This document shows, piece after piece, positions 59,073-59,583 of a stretch of 59,583 nucleotides of DNA. Origin of the DNA: a virus. Taxonomy: Duplodnaviria; Caudoviricetes. A model generated the notes under the pieces. The model was not told the origin of the DNA. It did no database searches and worked only from the letters and a program-made list of their open reading frames with translations. Made by a program: the position numbers and the translations under genes. The stretch is taken from positions 1 through 59,583 of IMG/VR virus record IMGVR_UViG_3300028025_004323; one strand, given 5' to 3'. Each line of letters opens with the position of its first letter. The stretch's first letter is position 1.

Positions 59073-59583
59073 ATGAATAACATAGGATTTGGTATATTTT
59101 GTTTTGGTGAAGACTATTATTATAGAGGTGCTAAAGAAAAAATAAAACAATTATTAAATGTGGGATTATCGGTTTATGTACTAACAGATAAACCCGAGGA
59201 ATTTACAGAAGTTACTACAATTCAATATGATAGACATTTAAAATCATATTCAGATAAGATGATATTACCAAAATACATCTTAAAAAATCATGACATCTGT
59301 ATCTTACTTGATGCAGACACACACGTCACAGATTATTCATTTTTAGAATCATTAAAAACATATAAATTTAATAAGGGTATAACATACATTGATACTCTAT
59401 TGAATCATAGTGCAAAAAAAGGAATTGTAAAAGACTTAATAAATGAAACCAATCCAGAATGGAAAACATATGTTGAGTATGCTGCTAAATTGTACCCACC
59501 ATTTTTTAATTTTGAAACAATGTGGGAGTACTTCTTAGTTATTAATAAGGATGGTTTCGATTCAGATTCATTTTACTATTATT
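59073..59583 (+). CDS. Putative GT-A glycosyltransferase, truncated by the window end (not in the ORF track)
   Basis: Hand-translated as MNNIGFGIFCFGEDYY...VYVLTDKPEEF...SDK...CILLDADTH (DxD motif); upstream TTTA-N19-TATATTTC promoter-like element. Confidence 0.6.
   Translation, partial: MNNIGFGIFCFGEDYYYRGAKEKIKQLLNVGLSVYVLTDKPEEFTEVTTIQYDRHLKSYSDKMILPKYILKNHDICILLDADTHVTDYSFLESLKTYKFNKGITYIDTLLNHSAKKGIVKDLINETNPEWKTYVEYAAKLYPPFFNFETMWEYFLVINKDGFDSDSFYYY

Noticed and set aside
1-59583. Stop-codon reassignment, as in some large Bacteroidota phages
   Set aside because: Genes are full length and tightly packed under the standard code. TAA, TAG (e.g. 8259, 23633, 56945) and TGA (e.g. 5946, 15588) all end genes at sensible positions.
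1-59583. Bacterial chromosome or eukaryotic giant virus origin
   Set aside because: The housekeeping-like genes (clpP, rpoD, nusG, trx) are outside their usual bacterial operons and are interleaved with baseplate and fibre genes. Sigma70 and NusG indicate use of bacterial RNA polymerase.

Overview
This 59.6 kb window is gene-dense, AT-rich and almost entirely + strand. It reads as part of a large (jumbo-type) tailed dsDNA phage using the standard genetic code. The host is probably in Bacteroidota: there is a Bacteroidota-type sigma70, TTTG-N19-20-TAnnTTTG-like promoters, an Hc1-like histone H1 protein, a DUF6576-like tail, a Gln at +1 after a signal peptide, and few evident Shine-Dalgarno sites. 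There are four blocks. (1) 1-7.6 kb: baseplate/tail structural genes. (2) 7.6-15.6 kb: replication/recombination genes (RuvC-like resolvase, primase, PD-(D/E)XK nuclease, SbcD/SbcC) and ClpP. (3) 15.6-31.3 kb: a mixed block with a GIY-YIG endonuclease, envelope/lysis-like genes, sigma70, a degenerate amidase, putative head-internal proteins, Hc1, a Dam-like methylase, NusG, an AAA ATPase, thioredoxin and glutaredoxin. (4) 31.3-59.0 kb: about 28 kb of paralogous Ser/Gly/Thr-rich fibre genes in promoter-delimited 'shaft + variable tip + small partner' cassettes ending in three C1q-domain genes, then a partial glycosyltransferase. The most notable observations are: the modular fibre cassette array; a recurrent TATTTAT late-promoter motif distinct from the host-like promoters; a candidate two-hairpin small RNA between ruvC and primase; a putative capsid-packaged Cys-His-Asp enzyme and [ILV]xE-punctuated polyproteins; an A11 -1 frameshift candidate; and an endonuclease gene bounded by inverted repeats at the clpP terminator. 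All family assignments come from recognising motifs by eye; no searches were run.
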